This document shows positions 13,001 through 25,000 of a stretch of DNA of 60,000 nucleotides, piece after piece (the stretch's first letter is position 1; the number at the start of each line of letters is the position of its first letter). The stretch is from Callorhinchus milii (taxonomy: Eukaryota), in contig NW_024704742.1 of assembly GCF_018977255.1 (NCBI RefSeq), forward strand, positions 108,502,001 through 108,562,000. Direction: 5' to 3'. Made by a program: the position numbers and the translations under genes. The notes beneath the pieces are model-generated. The model saw nothing but the letters and a program-made list of their open reading frames with translations. It did no database searches and was not told the origin of the DNA.

Positions 13001-16000
13001 TCTGGTCCCTATTAGCTGTCACACTTGACTATATCAACAGAATACATTGTATAGTAACTCAATGGGAAGCCTTTTGAGAGATATTGACACAAAAAGGGGC
13101 TTCATAAAAATTATTCCGCTTAACATTTTGAAGATTTTATTTACTTGATGTGGCAGCAATGTTGTGTTCCATACACCCAGCCATACAGAGCAGGAACCAG
13201 GACAAGACACAGAGAGACAACTTTGGCGCAAAGGTCACCTTAATTCCTGTTGAAGTTACAGCACTAACAGATTTGAAGTCGCAGACAATAAATGCCACCA
13301 GGTATGTGCTCATCCTCACACTCACAGCAAAATGGTCTTCAAAAATCCCCTCCCCTATTGGGAAAGATTTAACCTGGAAGATATAAAAACAAAAAACTGC
13401 ACTTAATATTTTTTCAAATGAAACATTTATTTTCAATTTTTTTTAAAGTGAAGGAATGGTGTACATATATGTATATATACACAAACAGTGAAAACCGCTT
13501 TTGCCGGACGCCGGGTAACCCTGGACATCGGGTAAATTGAACAAAACGCCCGGCCCCAATTCATTTATATTGTTTCCTGCCCTAAATATGCCGTTTGATT
13601 CGGACAGGAATCTGGGCAAAATGTTTCGCTGGTCGCCACTGAATGTACTCACTCAGGCCGTCTGTGTGTCCAGCGGCTGCATTCAGCCACGAGGGACTCC
13701 TGGATGTAGATGGGAGGAGTCAGATTGCGATTGACAGCGGACTCCGGCCATTCACAAGTGACTGGAGTGCGTCTGTCAATCAGTGAGGGGGGCGGAGCAA
13801 TAGGAAAGAACAAGGGAGGGAATGGGAGGGGTCAAATCACGATTGATAGACAGCTGAGCCGCTTGTGAATGGGTGGAGCAGCTACAGGATGTCGATCACT
13901 ACGGAGCCGCTGCTATTTGGTCCCCTTCCCGTCCAATTAGAATGGCAATGGGAGGGAGGAAGCATCAGGGCTCCTCTGCTGGAGGGTAAGTTCTGTATTT
14001 TGCAGCCAAACGAAGGTAAATATATTTTACTGATCTCTGTGAGACTATTTTAACTTTTAACCGACCGGTTCGTTAACATTGCTTCAAGTGAAACATTATC
14101 ACATATCATTATACAGCGCCAGTCCTCTGATGGGCGGGAATGATAATTCAGCTAACCTCGGACGCCTCTTAAGGCGGACAAAACGACCACCCCCAATGTG
14201 TCCAAATTAACCGGTTTCCACTGTATACTTAAATGTAAATTGTATATTGAAGTAAAGCACAATATCAAAATCTCACTGGTTTAAAAAATCTTTTTGTGAG
14301 TTTAATACAAAACTAAATCACATCTGTGTTAGATGGTGGTAAATTTAAAGTGAGGTGGGAATGAGGGTTAGGGCTAATAACAAGGCTTTAGTAACTGTGA
14401 GCTCAGAGACAGCCAGGGTTATTTAAAGCTTCTTTCATTAATTCATAAAAGCCATCATAAAGACAAGTGTTTTGGAAAGTCAGAGTTCTCTTTTTTTCAC
14501 TCGTTTGACAATGACGTGAAGTGGAAAGTTTGTCTGCAGTTGCAGGTCAGGCTAAACAATCCTACAATCATAAACAGTGAGGGTGTGACTGTCAAACAGA
14601 ATGAAGATCACTTACCATGGGCATGTTGGACAGTGCAATGTATTGGCTGCCTCTCCTGATCTTGACTGAGAAGTTGGCTTTGAAAGACGGCTCATCAAAG
14701 CAAGGAAAGGCCATGCGTGCTGATGTAGGTTCAAAATGGGTAGAAGCAAGCAGTCTAGAAAGGGAAGACATTCATCAAAAGAAATTAGAGCAAGTTAAAT
14801 GAATGTGAAATAAGTGAAGGGCAAGTTGCACATCAAGACAACTATTTTTATTGCCCTGGGATCATGTGGGGGACGAGTATGTGTACATCCAACCCTACTC
14901 TATCTCTCCTCTATCGCCTTGAATATACTGGGGTAAGGCAGTTACAATGGGATTTAATTTATAATAAATAAATAATATTCCTTGCATTTGATGTAGAATC
15001 TTTCACTTTTGGGTGGACATCTCAAAACGGTTTGCAGGGTAAATTGTGGAGTCCAGTAGCTCAGTGGTTAGAGCGCTTGACTTGCAAGCGAGAGACTTGG
15101 GTTTGATTCCTGGCAGGGCGAAACATTGGGCAAGTTTCCTTACTCCACAACCTCTGTTTACCTAGCAGTAAGTAGGGTCCGGTTGTCAGTCGATTGGTAG
15201 ATCGCTTTTCTGTCGGCAATAATTCCTTAAAAATATTGGTCGCTCAATCCACGACTGTTTGTGGGACACTGCTGTGTGCAATTGGCTGCCACGTTTCTCT
15301 CCCACAAAATTCACTCTAAGTATATTCTGTGAAGCGCTTTGAGACATCTTGAAGAAGTGATTAAGCGCTATATCGAATGCAAGGATTATTATATACCGTA
15401 AAGTGTAGTGATCGTGTATTTTATGGATTGGTGATATACCTCTAGTTATCTTCAGGACTACCCATTTGTGGCTCAGAGTGGGGCTTTTGGTACTGTGTTC
15501 TCCCTGCAATGGATTTGTTGATTTGGGCTAAGCCTAAAACCACTCCATTGAAATAGTTACAACTAAACAATCAGCATACACAATAGCAAGTCCATGTGAA
15601 AGCGCTTTGAGAGGTTTGATGATGGAGACATCATTATAACATCAATGATGCCTGTCATTTTGTACGACATTGAGGGAAGTGTTTACTCGAGTACCAGAGC
15701 AGCAATTATGAGTTAACCAACTACAAAACAAATGCTACCTTACCTTGTTTTGCCATCTTGTGTTTTATAGCTGCTTTTGTAGAAACCATAGAAACCGTCA
15801 GACAGATTGGCTGCATAGTTTATGTTAATAACGTACTTCTCTCCAGCACCCAGAGGCTCAATAGACTGAAGCGCTATTTGCTCGTAAGGTGGAAACTCCA
15901 AAACATTCATGGCTTTTTCATGTTGGGCAATTCCATCTTGTGTTAATGCAATGGTGGCGCTGGTGATTTCCAGGTACTTGCTGTGGAGGACAATGGAGTT

Positions 16001-16258
16001 GGTGTCTTGTTTGACAGAGACCTCAATCTTGGCTACTCCAGTGAAACTCAGAGTGGTTAGATTTGGGTGTATCAACAGGTCATAGTGAAGTGGGATGATT
16101 CTATTGGGCAACCTCATCTTGTTCCAGGGAAATTTCTGTCCATTAGAAGCTATAGGAGCATCTCCACTCTCATGGTCATTGGTGCTTAATGCAGAGCTCA
16201 GCAAGAACTGCAATAGTATTCCAGCAATCAATAACACCATCTCCCTTTTCGATAACAT
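942..16258 (-). CDS. erap2: ERAP2-like ER aminopeptidase, copy A (coding exons 1-13; 3' end lies left of the window)
   Basis: 13 in-frame GT-AG exons: 15744-16258, 14616-14754, 13239-13373, 11420-11540, 10732-10886, 7486-7599, 7265-7396, 6516-6647, 5733-5801, 4569-4744, 4334-4413, 1735-1918, 942-1098. GAMEN, HELAH-x18-E and the catalytic Tyr (SYEKG) are intact. Confidence 0.9.
1735..1918 (-). CDS. erap2: copy A exon 12
   Basis: [22 protein letters not shown]; 184 nt. Confidence 0.92.
2931..3388 (-). mobile_element. CR1 LINE 3' fragment, copy A only
   Basis: [29 protein letters not shown]1 C-terminus; ATTCTATGATTC tail; TTGATTT on both flanks of the insertion. Confidence 0.85.
3575..4155 (+). 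mobile_element. L2 LINE 3' fragment
   Basis: [15 protein letters not shown] motif; 3' hairpin and (TTG)n tail. Confidence 0.85.
4334..4413 (-). CDS. erap2: copy A exon 11
   Basis: [18 protein letters not shown]; 80 nt. Confidence 0.92.
4569..4744 (-). CDS. erap2: copy A exon 10
   Basis: ..[19 protein letters not shown]; 176 nt. Confidence 0.92.
5107..5420 (-). mobile_element. tRNA-derived SINE with L2-type tail
   Basis: Head ggagtcctgtagctcagtgg..ggattcgattcc (A/B boxes); (ATT)n tail. Confidence 0.85.
5733..5801 (-). CDS. erap2: copy A exon 9 (two-Cys loop)
   Basis: [23 protein letters not shown]; 69 nt. Confidence 0.88.
6516..6647 (-). CDS. erap2: copy A exon 8
   Basis: [20 protein letters not shown]; 132 nt. 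Confidence 0.92.
7265..7396 (-). CDS. erap2: copy A exon 7 (catalytic Tyr)
   Basis: [22 protein letters not shown]; 132 nt. Confidence 0.92.
7486..7599 (-). CDS. erap2: copy A exon 6 (third Zn ligand)
   Basis: [20 protein letters not shown]; 114 nt. Confidence 0.95.
8045..10090 (-). mobile_element. L2 LINE, about 2 kb, 5'-truncated and frameshifted, copy A only
   Basis: [33 protein letters not shown] motifs; (TTG)n tail. Confidence 0.9.
10732..10886 (-). CDS. erap2: copy A exon 5 (GAMEN, HEXXH)
   Basis: [25 protein letters not shown]; 155 nt. Confidence 0.95.
10945..11306 (-). mobile_element. L2 LINE 3' fragment
   Basis: [11 protein letters not shown] motif and tail. Confidence 0.75.
11420..11540 (-). 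CDS. erap2: copy A exon 4
   Basis: [16 protein letters not shown]; 121 nt. Confidence 0.92.
13239..13373 (-). CDS. erap2: copy A exon 3
   Basis: [23 protein letters not shown]; 135 nt. Confidence 0.92.
13486..14223. mobile_element. Tigger/pogo-like non-autonomous DNA transposon (MITE), copy A only
   Basis: Imperfect TIRs CAGTGAAAACCGCTT..GGAC / CAGTGGAAACCGGTT..GGAC; TA on the right flank; absent from the B and C introns. Confidence 0.7.
14616..14754 (-). CDS. erap2: copy A exon 2
   Basis: [27 protein letters not shown]; 139 nt. Confidence 0.92.
15046..15393 (+). mobile_element. tRNA-derived SINE
   Basis: Same family as 36102-36431. Confidence 0.85.
15744..16258 (-). CDS. erap2: copy A coding exon 1 (signal sequence + domain I)
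   Basis: [10 protein letters not shown]...FPWNKMRLP...KTR; donor AG|GTAAG. Confidence 0.92.
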
Positions 16259-16744
16259 TCTCCTCGCAGAGTCCCCTGAAAGAACAACAGGTCAGTAATA
16301 TTGCATGGTCAGAGACAGTATCATTGAAATGGTAATAGCACATTCTGAAACCTATCTACACCTTATTGACATCCAACAATGTATGGATGACAATCAGGAG
16401 TAATCTGCAAATATAATACATTCTCACATTACTGAACTTCAAACAACAGAGTTAATTGACATACATAATAATCGCATGGTCCTCACAGGTTATTTTAATG
16501 CTGTTAGTTTTGTTATCATGACTGTCTAAACACAAAATGTTCAGACTCGCAATACATTACTTACATTTCATGCATATTATATTTGAAAACACAATTTTAA
16601 AATTGGAAGCTAAGCCACTCCGAAGTCAATCCAGATTTTTTTCTTCAAAGGATTGCAATGCACTGCCCCCAGCAGACAACAATTATAGAATCAACTGAGA
16701 AGTTTGAGGGAAATAGAAAGATAGATGGAAAATAAGGTATGTGT

Positions 16745-17152
16745 GTGTTCAGCCAAGTTCAGTGGTAGTCAGAAGGTTGTGGGCTCAAGCCCTGCATCAG
16801 GACTTGAACTCATATAGTCTACGATGACACTCCAATGTTGGGGGGTGTTACATTGCCGCAGACGCTATCCTTCGGACGAGGTGTTAAGCCAAGGCCAAGT
16901 CTGCCTATTTAGATGGATGTGGAAGATCCCATGGCACTGTCCGAGAAGAGTTTCTCCCAATGTGCTGTCCAACAATACCCCAAATAAAATGAGTCACTCG
17001 TTTCATGGCTTAGTTGTTTGTAGGATATTACTGTGCAAAATAGGGCTTCCACTTTCGCCTACAAACACACAGTCACACCATTTTGTGGTAAATCCCGTGA
17101 AGTCTTCTTTGGGAAAGCCTTCATTTGGTGCTATACCAAATGCAAGGATTAT
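16745..17152 (+). mobile_element. old SacSINE1/DeuSINE-like SINE (paralogue at ~41705-42112)
   Basis: agtcagaaggttgtgggctcaag..gatggatgtggaagatcccatggcact..aaatgcaaggatt. Confidence 0.55.
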
Positions 17153-17890
17153 GATGTATTAAAAATAATAGTAAGGAATATAGCAAAAATAAAGGAAACA
17201 AGAACAAGACAGCTCTGAGTTTGAATACTGGTGGATAAACCTTTCCATTTCAGGACAATAAAAATGAATACCACACCATGTCCTGGATTCATTTCCTGGG
17301 AGGGGGGAGAGATCAGTCAGGCTGTTTCTGATCCTGGTCCCAGCCCTTGTGGTGGTTGACCTCCTGTGTGGATCACCATAAAACCTGCGAATATAAACTA
17401 AACCCTGACCCGCCAGGTGGTCCCTATTGAACCACAGACCCACAGGTAAGCAGCACTTTGCCATATTGATTTCATAACCTTTTATTGAAGAGGAAACAAA
17501 GCGCAGCCCAATTGCACACAGTGGATTGCAAGAGTCTGAGCTCGGCCTCTCCTGACACAGGCACATGATTCTCTGAACTCTCAGATAGACTGAGACCATC
17601 CCTTCCCGTGTCGTAATATTTAATATTTGACCCGAGTCACAGTCACTGTCTCACTCTGTCAATGGATCGGATTGAAATCCGGGTCAGGACGGCAGAGCCC
17701 TTACAGACCCCGTGTGCAGCTCAGTGGCTGTGAACAGCTCCACATTGGGCTCAGGATCACCTGCTCCTGGGCTGCCCACACCGGCAGTCACTGCACATCG
17801 TCGTCTTCACTAATTCTCACCGCCGTCCCCACGTTTGCAGTTCATCTTCACTCATTTTCTAAAAGCAGAATAAACACCAGAGATACTCAC

Positions 17891-17945
17891 CAGGTCCGGT
17901 CTCCTCCTCTGCCCTTCCCCTCCTCTCAGCTCAGCTCTCGCACAG
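17891..17945 (-). other. putative non-coding exon 0 of copy A (5' boundary uncertain)
   Basis: The ATG exon has an acceptor (ttctttcag) about 17 nt before the ATG, which implies an upstream exon; strong donor CTG|GTGAGT here. Confidence 0.55.
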
Positions 17946-17956
17946 TCACTCTCAAT

Positions 17957-17972
17957 ACTTTCACTTTCATTC
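17957..17972 (-). promoter_or_regulatory. IRF-E/ISRE element, copy A promoter
   Basis: GAATGAAAGTGAAAGT on the minus strand, about 65 nt upstream of a G|GTGAGT donor (17891/17890) ending a putative non-coding first exon. Confidence 0.75.
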
Positions 17973-18009
17973 TGGTCTGTGATCAGCGGATACTGCAATC
18001 AAACCCACA

Positions 18010-18696
18010 TTACACACTCCCCCACCACCCACACCCTCCCCACCCCCCACACCCCCCACCCCCTCCCCCACCCTCCCCATCCCCTCCCCCACACCCCCAC
18101 ACTCCCCATCCCCCACCCTCCCCACCCCCCCACCCACCCCTCCCCCTCCCCCACCCCACCCCCACCCTCCCCATCCCCCATCCCGCACCCACCCCACCCC
18201 CCACCCACACCCTCCCCACGCACCCCACCCACACCCTCCCCATCCCCCACCATCCCCCACCCCCACCCACACCCTCCCCACCACCCACACCCTCCCCCTC
18301 CCCCACCCACACCCTCCCCCCCACACTGACACACTCCCTCCCCACACCATGCCCACCCCCACACTGACACACTCGCCCTCACACTGACACACTCCCCCCT
18401 CACACTGACACACTCGTCCTCACACTGACACACTCCCCCCCCCCACTGACACTGACACACTCCCCCCCCCCTCCCCATCCCCACACTGACAGACTCCCTC
18501 CCCCCACCACACACGCACTGACACACACACTCCCCTCCATTCAGACACAAATACGCTCCCCTCCACACACACTCCACACTCACACGCACACTCCCCTCCA
18601 CACACACTGACACACACACAGACAGTCACACAGAGCCCCTACACATAGACACACACACATCAACACACAGACCCTACAGCCACACCAGATACACAC
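18010..18696. repeat. C/A-rich low-complexity tract (G-rich on the sense strand)
   Basis: Runs of cccca/cacac; shorter paralogue at 42700-42872. Confidence 0.9.
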
Positions 18697-19868
18697 AGCA
18701 GGGGGGAGATGGTCAGGGTGAGGGGAGGGAAGGGAGGGAGCGAGGAGGAGGAAGAGAGTCGAGAGGGGAGCTGAAGGCTCGGTCAAAGAGAAAGGTCTTG
18801 AGACCGGCCTTGAAGGAGGAAAGGGAGGAGGCGGCGAAGGCACTGGGGGATAGAGTTCCAGAGCCTCGGGGCTGAGAGGCTGAAGGCCCGACCACCGATG
18901 GTAGGGCGGTTGGGGCGGGGGACGTGGAGCAGACCGGAGCCAGAGGAACGGAGGGTACGGGCAGGTAAGTAGGGGGATAGTAGGTTGGAGAGGTAGGAGG
19001 GAGCAAGGCCGTGAATGGCCTTGTAGGTGAGGATGAGGATCTTGAATTCGATCCTCTGGGGGATGGGGAGCCAGTGGAGGCGAGCGAGGGTGGGAGTGAT
19101 GTGGTCCCGAAGCCTGGTGCGGGACAGTACACGAGCTGCAGAGTTCTGAATGACCTGCAGTGTGGAGGGAGGTGGCGGGAAGGCCGGCGAGGAGAGAGTT
19201 CCCATAGTCCAGCCTTGAGGTGATAAAGGCGTGGACCAGAGTTTCAGCAGCGTGAGGGGTGAGGTAGTGCCGTAGTCTGGCGATGTTCCGGAGGTGATGG
19301 AAGGCGGTGCCAGTTGTGGTGCGGATATGAGGGAGAAAGGACAGCTCAGGGTCGAACAGAACCCCGAGGTTCCTGACTGGCTTTGAGAGGTGGAGAGTGC
19401 AGCCTTGGATGCTGATGGTGTCAGCGTCTGAGGTGCGGAGGCGCTGACGTGAGCCAATCAGGAGGGCCTCAGTTTTTCGCACGTTGAGCTGAAGAAAGTT
19501 GTCTCTCGTCCAGGACTCGATGTCGGACAGACAGGCTGTCAGGACATCGGTGGTCATGGAGTTGAGGGTAGAGGAGGAAAGGTAGAGTTGGGTGTCATCC
19601 GCATACATGTGGAAGTTAACCCCATGTCTGCGGATGATGTCACCAGGGGGAGCATATAGAGGGTGAAGAGGAGGGGACCGAGGACAGAGCCCTGAGGGAC
19701 ACCGCACAAGACAGTGCGGGGGCTGGAGGAAAAGCCGTTTGTGGAAACAAAATGAAGACGGTGGGAGAGGTACGACCTAAACCACTCAAGGACAGTGCCT
19801 TGAAGGTTGAGGTGGGAGGACAAGCGGTGGAGGAGGATAGCGTGGTCAACCGTATCGAATGCTGTATC
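18697..19868 (-). mobile_element. L2 LINE fragment upstream of promoter A
   Basis: [23 protein letters not shown]. Confidence 0.9.
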
Positions 19869-19874
19869 GAATAC

Positions 19875-20420
19875 AGCCCCTACACGCATAGACACACATA
19901 GCCACACACATTCCTCCACACACACTGACACACACTCCCCTACACACACACAGACACGCCCTTCCACACATACAGACACACACACATACAGACAGTTACA
20001 CATACACAATCATACAGAGCCCCTACACATAGACACATACACATCAACACACAGACCCTACAGCCACACCATAGATACACACACACACTCCTCCACACAC
20101 ACTGACACACACTTCCCTACGCACACACACACGCACACACACACGCGCATACAGTCAGTCAAACAGACACACACACACAGAGCCCCAACACAGACACACA
20201 GAACCTACACACATACACATAGATACTCCCACACACACACATATAGACACACACAGCCCCTACACACAGAAACACACATAGACAGCCCCTAAACACACAT
20301 AGACACACACACACATACAGCCCTACACACATTCACACACACAGAGCCCCTACACACACACACAGACACACAGAGACAGCCCCTATACACAGACACACAT
20401 ATAGACAGCCCAAAAACACA
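19875..20420. repeat. (CA)-rich compound microsatellite (paralogue 43695-44228)
   Basis: acacacag/agcccctacac motifs. Confidence 0.9.
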
Positions 20421-21941
20421 CAAGATTTTCTAATCATTTTCCATTTTTTAATAAAAAAAATCAGAAGGTAAAAAAAATCAGAAGTGGGAAAGAAATATTT
20501 CTGATTTGCAGGTAGAAAATGTGACTGTAAGCAGCAGTTAGATGTGAGATTGAAAGTGTTATGATCTTTGGCTTTGCACTTTGAAACCTGCAGCAACTCT
20601 CAATTTTCATTGGGAAGCCATCATTTCCTGGTTTGGGCTCCAAGTCCAATGAGTCCAGAGAGAAAAACATCAGTGCATTACCATTGGTGTTTGATTTTGA
20701 AAACTTTTATCTCTAATCATACACCTTCCAGCGTTAAAGATTCTGCCATCGAGTCTACACTGATGTTAGCTCCTCCACTGCAACCATCTGCTCTCAACTT
20801 TTTTTGGTCAGCCGTTTGTCTGACACATGCTCAAACCCATCAACATGATCAGCCGGGTTTGACACATGCGGAAACCCAACGCCATGTTTAAGAATATCCA
20901 AACCAAATTGAGAGTTCCATGCAGCCCACCTACACCTGGCACATGATGGCATTGCTACCATTTTCCTGCATGTAGCTCAGGCACATATCCTTTCCCATTG
21001 AGCGATGGTTCTACCAATTGGAGGTGCGATGTTTACACAACAGCTGTTGCTTCTCTCAACCCAATCGAGGTGGATTTCAGGCACTGGATGTATAAACGTG
21101 TGTTCACAAACTCAGATTCCAGGTAACAACAACAACAACAACAACAAGATTCCATTTATAAAGCGCCTTTCACGTCAGGAGGACGTCCCAGCACCTATTG
21201 GCCCAAGCCTCAGAGATTCCTCATCAGCTATCTGGTGGGCATCTGTATCACATTATTTATTAAAACTGGGTTGGTCCAACCTTTTGGTCTCCAAGGGCCT
21301 GATTTCCTATTAGAGAAAGGTTCCCAGGCCCATAAACTATATTTTTGTGTTTCCCTTCCAGAAATATAACAATATTTACACAACGCCTTTTTCACGCTGG
21401 AAAGACGTCTCAAAGCTCTCGACATTGTCGGCTGGGCAGCCGAGGGGGTGGGAGCTGATGGAGTTGGGGTGGGGAAGGGAAAGAAAGCCTCATCAAAGAG
21501 TTAGGTCTTGATGTGCCTTGAAAGGGGAGAGAGCGAGTCAGAGGGACTCCAGGAATGGAGCTCCCATGGGCGAGGGCAAAATGGTGATGGTAGGGCAGAC
21601 TTGGAGGGGGATGAGGGGGACATGAAGCCAGCTGGTGTTTTCTGGGAAAGGGAATGGCTGGGTCAGGAGGTTGCAGAGGTAGGGTGGTGGTGGGGGGGGG
21701 GAAGAATGAAGGACACAGACACACACTCTCTTACAATTACTTTCCTTCACTTCTCCTCTCCCACACTCTCGCTCCCCCCTCCACTCTCTCTCTCCCCTCT
21801 CACACTCTCTCTCTCCCCTCTCACACTCTCTCTCCCTCTCTTTCAATCAGTTTTGCCAACTCCATTATATTTACCAGTGTTGCAGCCTATACTGCGGGAC
21901 TCCTGAAATGAAGGGAAATAAGATGTTGCTGAGCAGTGGTA

Positions 21942-22094
21942 TTACTGTGGGATAGTAATATCCAATAGCCACGATCTGAGGACATCCAGATTCCGCTCCA
22001 GCCACCTAATGTTTTTCTGAATGGTTTCCAGGGCAAGCTGGGTACACCTCAGCTGGGAGCTCTGCTCCTTGATAGATTCAAAGAACATTTTCAC
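21942..22094 (-). CDS. erap2: copy B exon 18 (stop)
   Basis: [21 protein letters not shown]; 153 nt. Confidence 0.92.
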   Translation of the reverse strand: MKMFFESIKEQSSQLRCTQLALETIQKNIRWLERNLDVLRSWLLDITIPQ

Positions 22095-25000
22095 CTGAAA
22101 CAGATGTATGCAGGTAAGGGTTTGGTTTACAGGACATACTTTACAAATATAGCCTGAATATAATTGAACAATGTTCAATTATATACAACATTGCGGTCAT
22201 ATGTTCAGGTCATATGTTCAGGATGTCTACCTCTGTACTGCCAGTTACTCAGGCTAGAAAAGAGGAAATACAGGTTAAATGGGTGGCTTTATGTTTGCCC
22301 GTATCTCTATGAGGTTCTCTCTGAGTTGTTTTCTCTCAAAATTGATTATTACCCAGTGTCAGCATTTATCGTGTTTTTGGTCAGCCGGGTGCCTGAACAT
22401 GTGAAAAACCATCATCATGTTTAATAGTATCTAAACCTGAGAGGGAGCCCATATATGTATACCAACTACATCTGTAAATGTCCATGTCTGGAATGGAATG
22501 TTAAGTCTCTCCCAGAGGGACCCACCCACCTTGCATACCTGATTCCAGATTGTACTAGACACAAGTCACAAGTTTGCGAAAGCCATGGCTTGGGAACCTA
22601 TAGTGTACATCGGGGAACTACTGGAGTTTAACAAGCTTAAATTGCATAGTTTGCCACCAAGAGCATTGTCTGGCAAGCTTCTCCAGCTTGGAAAACTCTA
22701 CATATTGCAGGGTTAACAGGAGCCAAGTGGGAAAAATACCGGCCTCCCTCAGCAATCACTTCAAGTTCACGTTTAGCACAGGTTGTACGCAGAGTGCACC
22801 TTCCTTTACCTTTAAGCCTCACTTGAGAGTTTTGTACTGAATGTTCTAACATTGTCACCAACCATATTTTTGTGCTCTCTCTTTCATTGTGTTTATACAA
22901 TAACAAAAGCCACTAACCTCCTCCAATTCTTCCTGTGATGAAAAGTGAGATGTCGTTCCAATGATAAGCCATCTGATAGTGACGGAGCCAAGCTCAAATC
23001 TATGATGAATATGGACGTTGTTAAACACCCTTCACACTGGCACTTTGCAAAAGAAAATTAATGTTCTTGGACAGTTTAGCTTAGTTTAGTATTTAGTGCT
23101 GTTATGAGGTGACCGAGGTTCCTGAATGTGAGCTGCTCTTTTTATTAGTATTATATTGATCATAGAGATCTATTATGGGAAACAATGAAGGATTCTGCTC
23201 AAAGCACAAGATCATAAAAAGCCACTCATCTCAACAGATCATATCACAAGAGTATTTCAGTCTAGTTTCACTATGTGGAGATGAACACAGGTAGGTCACC
23301 CAATGCTCCTTCACTGAGCTGTAACTGCTCCCATTGCAATTGTTCTCCATATGACATTGAAACATTCAGTGTTGGTGTGTATTGCAATGCAATACAGAGT
23401 CCTGTAGCTCAGTGGTTAGAGCACTTGCCTTGCCAGTGAGAGACCTGGGTTTGATTCCCGGCAGGGTGAAACCTTGGGCAAGTTTCCTTACTCCACACGC
23501 CTAGTAATAATCACTCAAGAAAAAAAAATTGGTCACTTCAATCCATGACTGCTTTGTGGGACACTGCTGTTCGCAATTGCCTGCCACGTTTTAACCACAA
23601 ATATACAGTCAGTTCATTTTACGGTATATTCTGTGAAGCTCCCTGAGACATCTAGAAGATGTGAAAAGCGCTATATCAAATGCAAGAATTATTATTTTTT
23701 TACTTTGTTAATGTCACTGCCTTGTGCTGCTCAGATACTATGAAGGACACAAGGTCTGAATGATTAAAAAGGTACTGACTTCTCAATCAGTTTGTTCCAA
23801 TTCTTCTTCACAAAATTCCAGGCAAGGAGATGTCCGACTGGGTTTCTGCTCACTGCAGCAACGACATGGGCTAGATCCTGCAACTTGATGACATTCCCTT
23901 CCATACCAATCTCCAACAACCTGGGGATATCAGAACAGAGAAGAACTGAGCATTAAGCACAAAATAAGCCTACGCCAGCCACAGGATATGCTTCACACAT
24001 AAGTTTGAACAGAAGGCCACGCAAGTCACACATTCCTTTGCTGGTACAGCTTCCCTGTTGTTCTGCTGTTATATTTTTTTCTGAAGGAGAATACATTACT
24101 TTGTCCTATGTACAGAGTAATTACAGAAATGTTTGTTCAGAAATCTAGTTATAAAATTCTACTTGATCGATGGAAATCTGTAGCTTTTTGAAAGAACTGT
24201 TTTACAAGCTTGGAACACATTCCGAAACAATGGAGAAATCTATGAAAATAAAAACAAGCTGTTAGTTGCCTTTTAATCACATTCCAACACAATGAAATGA
24301 AACCTAACTGACATGAATAGCATCTAGTACCTTTTGGCTCCTCAATGTTTAATGTAAAATAAACTCCTTACCCTGACAGTTTCTCTGGATCCCTGGTGGC
24401 TGCCAAAGCGTTAACAATCTTAATCTTTTCAGCCCCTGACATGGACTGGATGTACTTCTTCAGGAGGTATTCCCATCCATCAGCCCTCTGGGCTCCCACA
24501 GAATACACGATCTCGAGAACATCTGTCGACAAACTGTGATACCAAACAACAGCAAGCTGAATAAATCGGGGTGTTAGTTTTCCAAGTTAATAGTCTTCAC
24601 TGCAGCCTACATGTATATACATACATAGATACATCCACAGATATTGCATGTATCTATATATAGTATATATGTACGTGCGTGAGGGTGTGTGATTGTGTTT
24701 TTTATGGGTGAACACTTTTGTCGAATAATATCAGCCAATATTTTTCCTTAATTTTTTTTAACCAATATGTAGGAAAAAAATTAATAGTTGGGGGAATTAA
24801 CAATCATAATAATTAATAATTTCCTGTATAAAGTTGTGAATATGACAATGTTTGAGTAATGCCTTGACAAGGCTTATAGTGGGGTCAAAAGTGAGCAAGG
24901 GGAGAAGGAGGAGCCTATAATCGCACACAGTGGATGAGATCAAAGATTCTTGCATTCACTACTTTATATAGGAAATAAATGTAGATAAAATCATTATGTT

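Noticed and set aside
14617..14802. Plus-strand ORFs repeated in each copy (also 36783, 58828, 27996, 49011, 16824)
   Set aside because: They are antisense shadows of exons or repeats; recurrence simply reflects the duplication.
17627..18629. Long Pro/His- and Gly/Trp-rich ORFs
   Set aside because: Products of stop-free C/A low-complexity DNA; length not conserved in the paralogous region.
21256..21261. Poly(A) signal AATAAA for copy B (paralogue 45008-45013)
   Set aside because: Plausible and conserved, but it cannot be distinguished from chance or alternative signals without transcript data.
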